From Squalus acanthias (taxonomy: Eukaryota), in the NCBI GenBank assembly GCA_030390025.1, contig CM059431.1, forward strand, positions 124,808,001 through 124,872,000: a stretch of 64,000 bases of DNA. The letters are read 5' to 3'. The translations under genes and the position numbers were made by a program. Each line of letters begins with the position of its first letter. Within the stretch, counting starts at the first letter, position 1. Of this stretch, positions 1 to 11,489 are shown one piece after another. A model generated the notes under the pieces. The model made no database searches. It saw only the letters and a program-made list of their open reading frames with translations, and had not been told where the DNA came from.

Positions 1-2444
1 CACTTAACAGCCCAAGCCTGAACGTCGGACAGGTCTTGTTGCATGCGGGCATGGACTACTTCATTATCTGAGGAGTTGTGAATGGCACTGAACACTGTGC
101 AGTCATCAGCGAACATCCGCATTTCTGACCTTATGTTGAAGGGAAGGTCATTGATGAAGCAGCTGAAGATGTTTGGGCCTAGGACACTGCCCTGAGGAAC
201 TCCTGCAGCGATGTCCTGGGGCTGTGATGATTGACCTTCAACCACCACAACCATCTACCTTTCTGCTAGGCATGACTCCAACCAGTGGAGTGCTTTCCCC
301 CTGATTCTCATTGACTTCAGTTTTACTAGGGCTCCTTGATGCCAGACTCGGTCAAATGCTGCCTTGATGTCAAGGGCAGTCACTCTCAAATCACCTCTGG
401 AATTCAGCTCCTTTGTCCATGTTTGGACCAAGGCTGTAATGAGGTCGGGAGCCGAATGGTCTTGGTGGAACCCAAACTGGGCATCAGTGAGCAGGTGCCA
501 CTTAATAGCACTGTCGATGACACCTTCCATCACTTTGCTGATGATTGAGAGTAGACTGATGAGGCGATAATTGGTCGGGTTGGATTTGTCCAGCTTTTTG
601 TGGACAGGACATACCTGGGCAGTTTTCCACATTGTCGGATAAATGCCAGTGTTGTAGCTGTAATGGAACAGCTTGGCTAGAGGTGCGGCTAGTTCTGGAG
701 CACAAGTCTTCAGCACGATAGCCGGGATGTTGTCGGGGCCCATAGCCTTTGCTTTATCCAGTACGCTCAGCCGTTTCTTGATATCACGTGGAGTGAATCG
801 AATTGGCTGAAGAGTGGCTTCTGTGATAGTGGGGACCTCAGGAGTAGGCCGATATGGATCATCCACTCGGCACTGCTGGCTGAAGTTGGTTGCAAACACT
901 TCAGCCTTGTCTTTTGCACTCACGTGCTGGGCTCCACCATCATTGAGGATGGGGATATTCTTGGAGCCTCCTCCTCCCATTAGTTGTTCAATGGTCCACC
1001 ACCATTCACGACTGGATGTGGCAGGACTGCAGAGCTTTGATCTGATCCGTTGATTGTGGGATCGCTTAGCTCTTTCTATAGCGTGCTGCTTCCGCTTTTT
1101 AGCATGCATGTAGTCCTGTGTTGCAGCTTCCACACCTCATTTTTAGGTACACCTGGTGTTGCTCCTGGCATGCTCTTCTGCACTCCTTGTTGAACCCCTG
1201 GCTTGGTGGTAATATGCCAGGCCATGAGGTTACAGATTGTGGTGGAATACAATTCTGCACCTGCTGATGGCCCACAGTGCCTCATGGATGCCCAGTTTTG
1301 AGCTGTTAGATCTATCCCATTTAGCAAGGTGGTAGTGGCACACAACACGATGGAGGGTGTTCTCAGTGTGAAGACGGGACTTCGTCTCCACAATGGCTGT
1401 GCGGTGTTCACTGCTGCCAATGAAAGATGCATCTGCGACAGGTAGATTGGTGAGGACGAGGTCAAGTATGTTTCTCCCTCATGTTGGTTCACTCACCACC
1501 TGTCGCAGGCCCAGACTGGCAGCTATTTCCTTCAGGACTCAGCCAGTAGTGGTGCTACCGAGCCAATCGTGCTGATGGACATTGAAGTCTCCCACCCAGA
1601 GTACATTCTGTGCCCTTGCTACTCTCAGTGCTTCTTCCACAATGTGTTCAACATGGAGGAATACTGATTCATCAGCTGATGGGTGGCGGTAGGTGGTAAT
1701 CAGCAGGAGGCTTCCTTGCCCATGCTTGAACTGAAGCCATTAGACTTCATGGGGTCTGGAGTCAATGTTGAGGACTCCCAGGGCCACTCCTTCCCGACTG
1801 TATACCACTATGCCGCCACCCCTGGTGGGTCTGTCCTGCCGATGGGACAAGACATACCCAGGGATGGTGATGGAGGAGTTTGGGACATTGGCTGAAAGGT
1901 ATGATTCTGTGAGTATGACTATGTCAGGCTGTTGCTTGACTAGGCTGTGGGACAGCTCTCCCAATTTTGGCACACGTCCCCAGATGTTGGTGAGGAAGAC
2001 TTTGCAGGGTTGATTGGGCTGGGTGTGCCGTTGCCATGTCCGTAGCCGATGCCAAGGTCGATGCCGGGTGGTCCGTCTGGTTTCATTCTTATTATTTTGT
2101 TTCGTAGCAGTTAGTTACAACTGAGTGGTTTGCTAGACCATTTCAGAGGGCAGTTAAGAGTCAACCACATTGCTGTGGGTCTGGAGTCACATATAGGCCA
2201 GAGCAGGTAAGGACGGCAGATTTCCTTCCCTAAAGGACATTAGTGAACCAGATGGGTTTTTTACGACAATCCGATAGTTTTATGGTTACCATTACTGATA
2301 CTAGCTTTTTATTCCAGATTTATTTATTAACTGAATTTAAATTCCCCAGCTGCCATGGTGGGATTTGAACTAACGTTTCTGGATCATTAGTCCAGGCCTC
2401 TGGATTACTAGCCCAGTGACATTACCACTACGCTACCGTTCCCC
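1..2444 (-). mobile_element. CR1-group LINE, copy A: tRNA-derived 5' head, then APE endonuclease and RT; 3' part runs out of the window
   Basis: Minus-strand ORFs 1740..1973 (APE: PDIVILTESYL...RQDR...GGG) and 255..1133 (RT: AMGPDNIP, QFGF, ALDIKAAFDRVWH); 5' end reads GGGGAACGGTAGCGTAGTGG; homologous along its length to copy B. Confidence 0.93.
2361..2435 (-). promoter_or_regulatory. Type-2 Pol III internal promoter (A box + B box) at the 5' end of LINE copy A
   Basis: Sense A box TAGCGTAGTGG (2435-2425) fits TRGCNNAGYGG; B box GTTCAAATCC (2370-2361) fits GTTCRANNC; copy B keeps the B box at 2483-2492. Confidence 0.85.
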
Positions 2445-2447
2445 TTG

Positions 2448-5400
2448 ATCCAGAGGCCTCGACTAATGATCCAGAGACATGAGTTCAAATCCCACCACAG
2501 CAGCTGGGGAATTTAAATTCAGTTAATTAAATCAAACTGGAATAAAAACCTAGTAACAGTAATGGTAACCATGAAACTATCGGATTGTTGTAAAAACCCA
2601 TCTGGTTCACTAATGTCATTTAGGGAAGGAAATCTGCCGTCCTTACCTGGTCTGGCCTATATGTGACTCCGGACCCACAGCAATGTGGTTGACTCTTAGC
2701 TGCCCTCTGAAATGGCCTTGCAAGCCACTCAGTTGTAACAAACCGCTGCGAAACACAACTGGATGGATCACCCGGCATCGACCACGGCACCGGCTACGGA
2801 CACGGCAATCACACACCCAGCCCAGTCGAACCTGCAAAGTCCTCCTCACCAACATCTGGGGACTTGTGCCAAAATTGGGAGAGCTGTCCCACAGACGAGT
2901 CAAGCAGCAGCCTGACATAGTCATATGCACAGAATCATACCTTTCAGCCAATGTCCCAAACTCCTCCATCACCATCCGGCAGGTTTGCCAGGACACACCC
3001 AGGGATGGTGGCACAGTGGCCCTGGGAGTCCTCAACATTGACTCCAGAAGTCTCATGTCTTCAGGTCAAGCATGGGCAAGAAAACCTCCTGCTGATTACC
3101 ACCTATCGCCCCCCCTCAGTTGATAAATCAGTACTCCTCCATATTGAACATCACATCATTTGGAAGAAGCGGTGAGAGTAGCAAGGGCACAGAAAGTACT
3201 CTGGGTGGGGGACTTCAATGTCCATCAGCACGATTGGCTCGGTCGCACCACTATTGACCGAGCTGCCTGAGTCCTGAAGGACATAACTGCCAGTCTGGGC
3301 CTGCGACAGGTGGTGAGAGAACCAACATGAAGGAAAAGCCTACTTGACCTCGTCCTCAGCAATCTACCTGTTGCAGATACATCTGTCCATGACAGTAGTG
3401 GTAGCAGTGACCACCGCAGAGTCATTGTGGAGAGGAGGTTCCGTCTTCACACTGAGGACACCCTCCATCATGTTGTGAGGCACTACCACTGTGCTAAATG
3501 GGATAGATTCAGAACTGATCTAGCAGCTCAAAACTGGGCATCCATGAGGCACTGTGGGCCATCAGCAGGTGCAGAATTGTATTCCAACACAATCTGTAAC
3601 CTCATGGCCCGGCATATCCCTCACTCTACCATTACCATAAAGCCAGGGGACCAACCCTGGTTCAATAAGGAGTGTGGAAGAGCATGCCAGGAGCAGCACC
3701 AGGCATATCTAAAAATGAGGTGCCAACCTGGGGAAGCTGCAACACAGGACTACATGCATGCTAAAAAGCGGAAGCAGCATGCTATAGACAGGGCTAAGCG
3801 ATCCCACAATCAACGGAGCAGATCAAAGCTCTGCAGTCCTGCCACATCCAGTCATGAATGGTGGTGGATCATTAAACAACTAACGGGAGAAGGCGGATCC
3901 ATCAAAATACCCATCCTCAATGATGCTGGAGCCCAGAACGTGAGTGCAAAAGTCAAGGTTGAAGCATTTGCAACCATCTTCAGCCAGAAGTGCCGAGTGG
4001 ATAATCCATATCAGCCTACTCCTGAGGTCCCCATCATCACAGATGCCAGTCTTCAGCGAATTTGATTCACTCCACATGATATCAAGAAACAGCTGAACAC
4101 ACTGGATACAGCAAAGGCTATGGGCCCCAACAACATCCCGGAATCGTGCTGAAGACTTTTGCTCCAGAACTAGCCGCGCCTCTAGCCAAGCTGTTCCAGT
4201 ACAGCTACAACACTGGCATCTAACCGACAATGTGGAAAACTGCCTAGGTATGTTCTCTCCACAAAAACCAGGACAAATCCAACTTGGCCATTTACCGCCT
4301 CATCAGTCTACTCTCAATCATCAGCAAAGTGATGGAAGGTGTCATCGACAGTGCTATCCAGCGGCACTTACTCACCAAAAACCTGCTCACTGATGCCCAG
4401 TTTGGGTTCCGCCAAGACCACTTGGCTCAAGACCTTGTTACAGCCTTAGTCCAAACATGGGCAAAAGAGCTGAATTCCAGAGGTGAGATGAGAGTGACTG
4501 CCCTTGACATCAAGGCAACATTTAACCGAGTGTGGCATCAAGGAGCCCAAGTAAAACTGAAGTCAATGGGAATTGGGGGGAAAACGCTCCACTGGCTGGA
4601 GTCATACCTAGCTCAAAGAAAGATGGTTGTGGTGGTTGAAGGTCAATCATCACAGCCCCAGGACATCGCTGCAGGAGTTCCTCAGGGCAGTGTCCTAAGC
4701 CCAACCATCTTCAGCTGCTTCATCAATGACCTTCCCTCCAACATAAGGTCAGAAATGGGGTTGTTCGCTGATGACTGCACAGTGTTTAGTGCCATTCATA
4801 ACTCCTCAGATAATGAAGCAGTCCATGCCCACATGCAACAAGACCTGGACGATGTTCAGGCTTGGGCTGATAAGTGGCAGGTAACATTCATGCCACAGAA
4901 GTGTCAGGCAATGACTATCTCCAACAAGCGAGAGTCTAACCACCTCCCCTTGACATTCAATTGCTTCACCATCACCGAATCCCCCACCATCAACATCCTG
5001 GGGGGTCACCATTGACCAGAAACTTAACTGGACCAGCCATATAAATATTGTGGCAACAAGAGCAGGTCAGAGGCCTGGTATTCTGCAGCGAGTGTTTCAC
5101 CTTCTGACTCCCCAAAGCCTTTCCAACATCTACAAGGCACAAGTAAGGAGTGTGATGGAATACTCTCCACTTGCCTGGATGAATGCAGCTCCAAGAACAC
5201 TCAAGAAGCTCGACACCATCAAGGACAAAGCAGCCCGCTTGATTGACACCCCATCTACCACCTTAAACATTCACTCCCTCCACCACAGGCATACCGTGGC
5301 TGCAGTGTGCACCATCTACAAGATGCACTGCAGCAACTCGCCAAGGCTTCTTCGGCAGCACCTCCCAAACCCGCGACCTCTTCCACCTAGAAGGACAAGG

Positions 5401-5680
5401 GCAGCAAGCGCATGAGAACACCACCACCTCCAAATTCCCCTCCAATTCACACACCATCCTGACTTAGAAGTATATCGCCAATCCTTCATCGTCGCTGGAT
5501 CAAAGTCCTGGAACTCCCTCCCTAACAGCACTGTGGGAGTACCTTCACCACACGGACTTCAGCGGTTCAAGAAGGCGGCTCACCACCACCTTCTCAAGGG
5601 CAATTAGGGTTGGGCAATAAATGCTGGCCTTGCCAGCGATGCCCATATCCCATAAACGAATAATAAAAAAATAAAAAAAA
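2448..5680 (+). mobile_element. CR1-group LINE, copy B: near full length (~3.2 kb), lacks first ~40 nt including the A box; 3' stem-loop and A-rich tail
   Basis: Continuous APE-RT remnants; 3' end GCTGGC-CTT-GCCAGC hairpin inside a GGG..TGGGCA/TGCCCA..CCC stem, then AATAATAAAAAAATAAAAAAAA. Confidence 0.94.
2839..5607 (+). pseudogene. Single APE endonuclease + reverse transcriptase ORF of LINE copy B, broken by frameshifts and stops
   Basis: VLLTNIWGL, TESYL, YRPP, VGDFN, LDLV, SDH (APE); GVPQGSVL, FINDL, LFADD (RT); ends HHHLLKGN* at 5605-5607. Confidence 0.92.
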
Positions 5681-6082
5681 TCCTGCAGTACGGAGAATTG
5701 GTTATGAACTAGACAAGTAAAAGCAAAATATCTAGATATGAATATAGTAATAGCCTCGACCTTGCTTGTGCCCAGAGGAAACTAACTACAATTCAGTGTG
5801 ATAGACTTAGTAGCACTGAGTTCTCTTATCAATTTGCCTTATATACAGCTATTTTTCACTTATTGATGTAATCATGCAATGAGCCAATCTATCGAGTTAA
5901 CTGTTAACAGGAAACCAGTGGTCACTTTTGTTTGTGGTTTTAGAGCTGAAAATACAGGTAGCTTGATTCAATCCTACACCCAGGAAGAGACAAGTTCGCA
6001 GCTAAGATAATGTGGGACTAATAGTAGCTACCAGATCAGTAAAGTATGATCTGCTTTTGTCTATGGAATAAAACTTTTCAAT

Positions 6083-8545
6083 GAACTTAGGAATAAAGGA
6101 ACAGGAGCCGGCCATTTAGCCCCTCTAGCCTGTTCCGCCATTCAATGTGATCATGGCTGACCTGCGACCTAACTCCATATACCTGCATTTGCCCCATATT
6201 GCTTAATACCTTTGGTTAACAAAAATCTATCAATCTCAGATTAAAAATTAACAATTGATCTAGCATCAATTGCTGTTTGCGGAAGAGAGTTCCAAACATT
6301 GTTTCCTAATTTCACGCCTGAAACGTCTGGCTCTGATTTTGAGACTATGCCCCCTAGTGCATGGGGGAGAAATTGGCCTCCTTTGCGCCTCCCGTTAGCG
6401 CCTCCGGGAGCAATAATGAGGCACAAATGGGTTTGCGACTCGGCGTGGCGAATTGAGCGACGCCCGCGAAATTCACTGCCGCTTTTGTGCTGGCGTTAAG
6501 ACTCAGCGCCTTGGTTCCTAGCGTCCCAGTGATCGTGACGTCATCTGGTGCGCAGTGCCCTGTTATCGCCCCGGATCTGAAATTCGTTTCCGCCCCCTGC
6601 AGCATTGCCGGGCGTCAACAACGGCAGCTGCAGGAGGTGTTGTCACCGCAAATGGCCTCTTGGGGAGCAGTAATTAAAAGCAGTGGTTGTCAGATAAGCC
6701 AAAATTTTATTATCACCCCTAGTGTGCTGTTTTTTGAATTTTTACATTCCATGATTAATCAGCCCTGCACTCTCTTAGAGTGCTCTTCGTGAATCGCAGG
6801 AGCTGTCGCCGACCATTCCCAGCCTTACCTTTAAATGACCTCAGCATTGGCCCTTCCCTTTAAGGGAGGGAAGGAGCCTGTGAATCTGGCATCGCTGCAC
6901 GGGACATTGTGCAGCGCTCTGCCGCTACTGCCCCTCTTGCTCCATTTAGCATTCCAAGAGAAGTGGTAGTGCTTGATTTAAAAGTTATTGGCCCAAACGG
7001 GGTCTACACAATTTCTAGCCCCTAGAGTCCCCAACCAGTGGAAATAGATTCTCTCTATCTATGCTATCTGTTCCCCTTAATATCTTGAAAACATTTGATC
7101 AAATCACCTTCTAAATTCTAGAGAATACAAGCCTAATTTGTGAAATCTCTCCTCGTAGGTGAACCTTGAAGTCCGGCTATCATTCTGGTAAACCTTTGCT
7201 GCACTCTCTCCAAGGCCAATATATCCTTCCATTAGCCTTTTTGATTATTTTCTGTACCTGTTCATGACATTTTAATGATCTATGTACCTGGACCCCCAAA
7301 TCTCTTTGGACCTCCATTGTTTTTAGCTTTTCACCATTCAGAAAGTACCTTGTTTATCCTTTTTAGGTCCAAAGTGGATGACCTCACATTTGCTTACATT
7401 GAAATCCATTTGCCACAGTTTTGCCCATTCACTTAATCTATCAATATCCCTTTGTAATTTTCTGCTTTCAACTACACTGCCTAGAATGCCGCCTATCTTT
7501 GTGTCATCGGCAAATTTAGATATGTGGCTTTCTATCCCATCATCTAAATCATTAATAAATATGATGAATAGTTGAGGCCCCAACACAGATCCCTGCCAAT
7601 TAGAGTACCTGCCCATCCTTACTCTCTGTCTCCTGCCGCTCAGGCAATTTCCTAACTTGCCTTCAATTCCATGGGCTTCAGTTTTAGTTAACAGCTTCTT
7701 ATGCGGGACTGTATCAAATGCCTTCTCGAAGTCCATATAAGTAACATCCATAGACATTCCCAAGTCCACTACATTAGTCATCTCTTCAAAATATTCAATC
7801 AGGTTCGTCAGGCATGACCTACCTTTTACAAATTCATGCTGGCTCTCTCTGATTAGCTGGAAATTTTCAAGCTGTTCACTCACAATATCCTTAATTATAG
7901 ACTCTAGTAATTTCCGACAACAGATGATGGGCTAACTGGTCTATCATTCCTTGGTTCTCCTCTCTCACCATTCTTAAACAATGGAGTGACATGCACAATT
8001 TTCCAATCTAAAGGAACGGTTTCTGAATCGAGAGAACTTTGGAAGATTATAGTTAGGGTATCTGCAATGTGCTAACCTATTTCCTTTAAAACCCTGGGAT
8101 GGAAACCATCTGGTCCTGGGGTTTGTCACTCTTTAGTGCCATTATTTTCTTCATTACTGTTATTTTACTTACGTTAATTTTGTTGAGTCCCTGTCCCTGA
8201 TTCAATATTAGTTTCCTTGGGATGTCTAGCATGCTCTACTATATATACTGACACAAAGTAATTATTCAACAGGTCCGCCATTTCCTTATTATCATTGACA
8301 ATATCATCGATATCAGTTTTTAAGGGGCCAACATTGCTCCTGACCAGCCTTTTTTCCTAATATAATTGTAAAAAACATTTGTGTTGATTTTGATATCCCT
8401 TGCAAGTTTCTTTTCATGCTTCCCTTCTGTAGCTCTTACTATCTGTTTTGTCACCCTTTTCTTTTCTTTCTATCTTTCCCATTCCCCAGGATCAGTGCTA
8501 TTTTTTGCATTTTTGCATGCTTTATCTTTTAGTTTTATGTTTTTC
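6083..8545 (-). mobile_element. CR1 LINE, 5'-truncated, split by a MITE
   Basis: ORF 7338..7883 (SQHEFVKGRSCLTNL, DFEKAFD, QGSVLGP, KFADDTK); CR1 3' UTR at 6083-6360 resumes at ~7023. Confidence 0.9.
6363..7022. mobile_element. Non-autonomous Harbinger-type element (MITE) inserted in CR1
   Basis: Termini GGGGGAGAAATTG ... CAATTTCTAGCCC; CpG-rich with repeated (T)AGCGCC motifs; CR1 sequence continuous across it. Confidence 0.75.
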
Positions 8546-8924
8546 TTGAGTACTACTTTGGCCTTCGCATTGGGCCGCCAAGATTGGCAATGGTTAGCTT
8601 ATGCTGATTCTCTGGGTTACTACTTACATTGAATCTTGTACCTTTCCCCAGTGATTAATGCCCATGAGGTCTGTTGATCTGTAAGGGAGCTAGCTTTAGC
8701 AGTTTGCATATTTTCATCACTGTCCTGATCTAAGAGCCCATGATAAGTGCTTCAGCTCTGCAGTACTCCAATCAAACTTGAACATGTACCTCCTAGAGTC
8801 TCACTGGCAGTTGCTGAAATACTTTGGTAAACTCCTCTGTGTGTAAAGCTTAAACTAATGAAGAAAGTATATTAGAATAAATTTTATGGATATGGTCTAA
8901 TTAATTAATTGCAAGAAGTAAAAA

Positions 8925-9000
8925 ACTCCCTGCTTATCCTAGTGTCCTGGCCAATATTTATCCCTCAATAAACATTATCTGGTCATTATCACATTGCTGT
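8925..9000 (+). mobile_element. Deu-domain SINE, 5' piece (continues at 11328)
   Basis: GTGTCCTGGCCAATATTTATCCCTCAA...TTATCTGGTCATTATCACATTGCTGT, matching the SINE bodies at 20078 and 21435. Confidence 0.8.
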
Positions 9001-11327
9001 AGATAGGTATGAGGGGCGACTTGGCTAAGGTACATTGGGAAACTACATTAAAAGATACAATAGTTAGAGAAGCAATGGCTAGCTTTTAAAGAATAAATAC
9101 ATAATTTACAACACATATACATTCCTTTAAGGCACAAAATCCCCACAGGAAAAGTGATCCAACTGTGGCTAACAAGAGAAGTTAAAGATAGTATTAGATC
9201 AAAGGAAGAGGCTTATAATGTTGCCAAAAAGAGTAGTAAACCTGAGGATTGGGAGGATTTTAGAATTCAGCAAAGGAGGACCAAGAAATTGATAAAGAAA
9301 GGGAAAACATAATATGAGAATAAACTAGCGAGAGACATAAAAACAGATTATAAAAGCATCTATAGATATGTAAAAACAAAAAGATTAATGAAAGTAAATG
9401 TGGGTCCATTACAGGCTGAGACAGGAGAAATTATTATGGGAAATAAGGAAATTGCAGAGAAATTAAACAAATCCTTTGGGCTGGATTTTGCCAATGGGAG
9501 CGCGTTGGAGGTGGGACTGCTGCTTGTCGGGTTTCAGTCCTGCCTCCATTGACTTCTGGCCAAACCATGCTATTTTCCCTTGATTGACCTTGTTAAGACT
9601 GCCCAGCGACTCTCCAGGGCTGGCAAAATCCAACCCAGTGTGCCTGTCTTCACGGAAGAAGACGCAAAAACCTTCCCGGAAATAGTGGAGAACCAAAGGT
9701 CTAGCGAGAATGAGGAACTGAAGGAAATTAATATTAATAAATAAATAGTATTGGAGAAATTAATGGGACTGAAAGTTAATAAATCCCCAGGACCTGATGG
9801 CCTACATCCTAGGGTTTTGAAAGAGTTGGCTATAGAGATAGTGGATGCATTGGTTGTCATTTTCCAAAATTCCATTGATTCTGGAACAGTTCCCGCGGAT
9901 TGGAAGTTAGCAATGTAACCCCATTATTTAAGAAAGGAGGGAGAGGGAAAATGGGGAACTACAGACCAGTTAGCCTGACATCAGTAGTAGGGAAAATGCT
10001 AGAATCTATTATTAAGGACATGGTAACAGGGCACTTGGATAATAATAATAAGATTGAGCAGAGTCAACATGGATTTATGAAAGGGAAATCGTGTTTGATG
10101 AATCTGTTAGTTTTTTGAGGTTGTAACTAGCAGAATAGATAAGGGGGAACCAGTGGATGTGGTGTATTTGGATTTTCAGAAGGCATTTGATAAGGTGCCA
10201 CACAAGAGGTTATTAAACAAAATTAGGGCTCATGGGATTGGGGGTAATTTACTAGCATGGATTGAGGATTGATTAATTGGCAGAAATGGAGAGTAGGAAT
10301 AAATGGGTCATTTTCGGGTTGGCAGGCTGTAACTAGTGGGGTACTGCAAGGATCAGTGCTTGGGCCTCAGCTATTCACAATCTATATCAATGACTTGGAT
10401 GAGGGGACCAAATGTAATATATCCAAGTTTGCAGATGATACAAAGCTGGGTGGGAATGTAAGTTGTGAGGAGGATGCAAAGAGGCTTCAAGGGGATATAG
10501 ACAGGCTAAGTGAGTGAGTAAGAACATGGCAAATGTAATATAATGTGGAGGAATGTGAAGTTATCCACTTTGGTAGGAAAAATAGAAAAGCAGAGTATTT
10601 TTTAAATGGTGAGAGATTGGAAAATGTTGGTGTTCAGAGGGACCTGGGTGTCCTTATACACGAATCACTGAAAGCTAGCATGCAGGTACAGTAAGCAATT
10701 GGGAAGACAGGTGGTGTGTTGGCCTTTATTGTAGGAGGATTTGAGTATAAGAGTAGAGACGTCTTACCGCAATTATATAGGGCCCTGGTGAGACCACACC
10801 TGGAGTATTGTGTACAGTTTTGGTCTCCTTGCCTAGGGAGGGATATACTTGCCATAGAGGGAGTGCAACAAATGTTCAGCAGACTGATTCCTGGGATGGG
10901 GGGATTGTCTTGTGAGGAGAGATTGATTGTCTGGGCCTATATTCTCCAGAGTGAAGAGAAATGAGAGGTGATTTCATTGAGGCATGCAGGGTTCTTGCAT
11001 GGCTTGGCGGGGTGGATGCAGGGATGATGTTTCTCCTGACTGGGGAGTCTAGAACCAGGGGTCACAGTCTCAGAATGAGGGGTCGGCCATTTAGGACTGA
11101 GATGATGATAAATTTCTTCCCTCAGAGGGTGGTGAATCTTTGGAGTTCTCTGCCCCGGAGGGCTGTGGAGGCTCAGTCGTTGAGTGTATTGGATGGATTT
11201 TTGGATGTTGGGGGAGTCGAGGGATGTGGGGATGTTGCAGGAGGGTGGAGTTGAGGTGGAAGATTAGCCATGAAATTATTGAATTGCTCGAGGGGCCAAA
11301 TGACCTACTCCTGCTCGTATTTCTTAT
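9001..11327 (+). mobile_element. CR1 LINE (RT and 3' end) inserted into a SINE
   Basis: ORFs 9900..10118 (GNYRPVSLTS, SQHGFMKGKSC), 10269..10517 (QGSVLGP, FADDTK), 10716..10964 (LVRPHLEYCVQFWSP). Confidence 0.93.
9478..9636. mobile_element. 159-bp Harbinger-type MITE nested in CR1
   Basis: 16-bp terminal inverted repeats (TIRs) GGGCTGGATTTTGCCA / TGGCAAAATCCAACCC (1 mismatch). Confidence 0.85.
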
Positions 11328-11480
11328 GTTTGTGGGAGCTTTACTGTGCGCAAATTGGCTGCCGCGTTTCCTACATTACAACAGTAACTACACTTCAAAA
11401 AGTATTTCATTGGCTGTAAACCTCTTTGCTACGTCTGGTGGTCATGAAAGGCGCTATTTAAATGCAAGTCTTTCTTTTCT
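11328..11480 (+). mobile_element. Deu-domain SINE, 3' piece with L2-like tail
   Basis: TTGTGGGAGC...CAAATTGGCTGCCGCGTTTCCTACATTACAACAG...AAAGGCGCTATTTAAATGCAAGTCTTTC; joins directly onto 8925-9000. Confidence 0.85.
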
Positions 11481-11489
11481 TTATGTTGT

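Noticed and set aside
2350..2444. Functional tRNA gene
   Set aside because: A and B boxes are present but spacing is extended, no clear cloverleaf, no T-run terminator, and it is fused to a retroelement body
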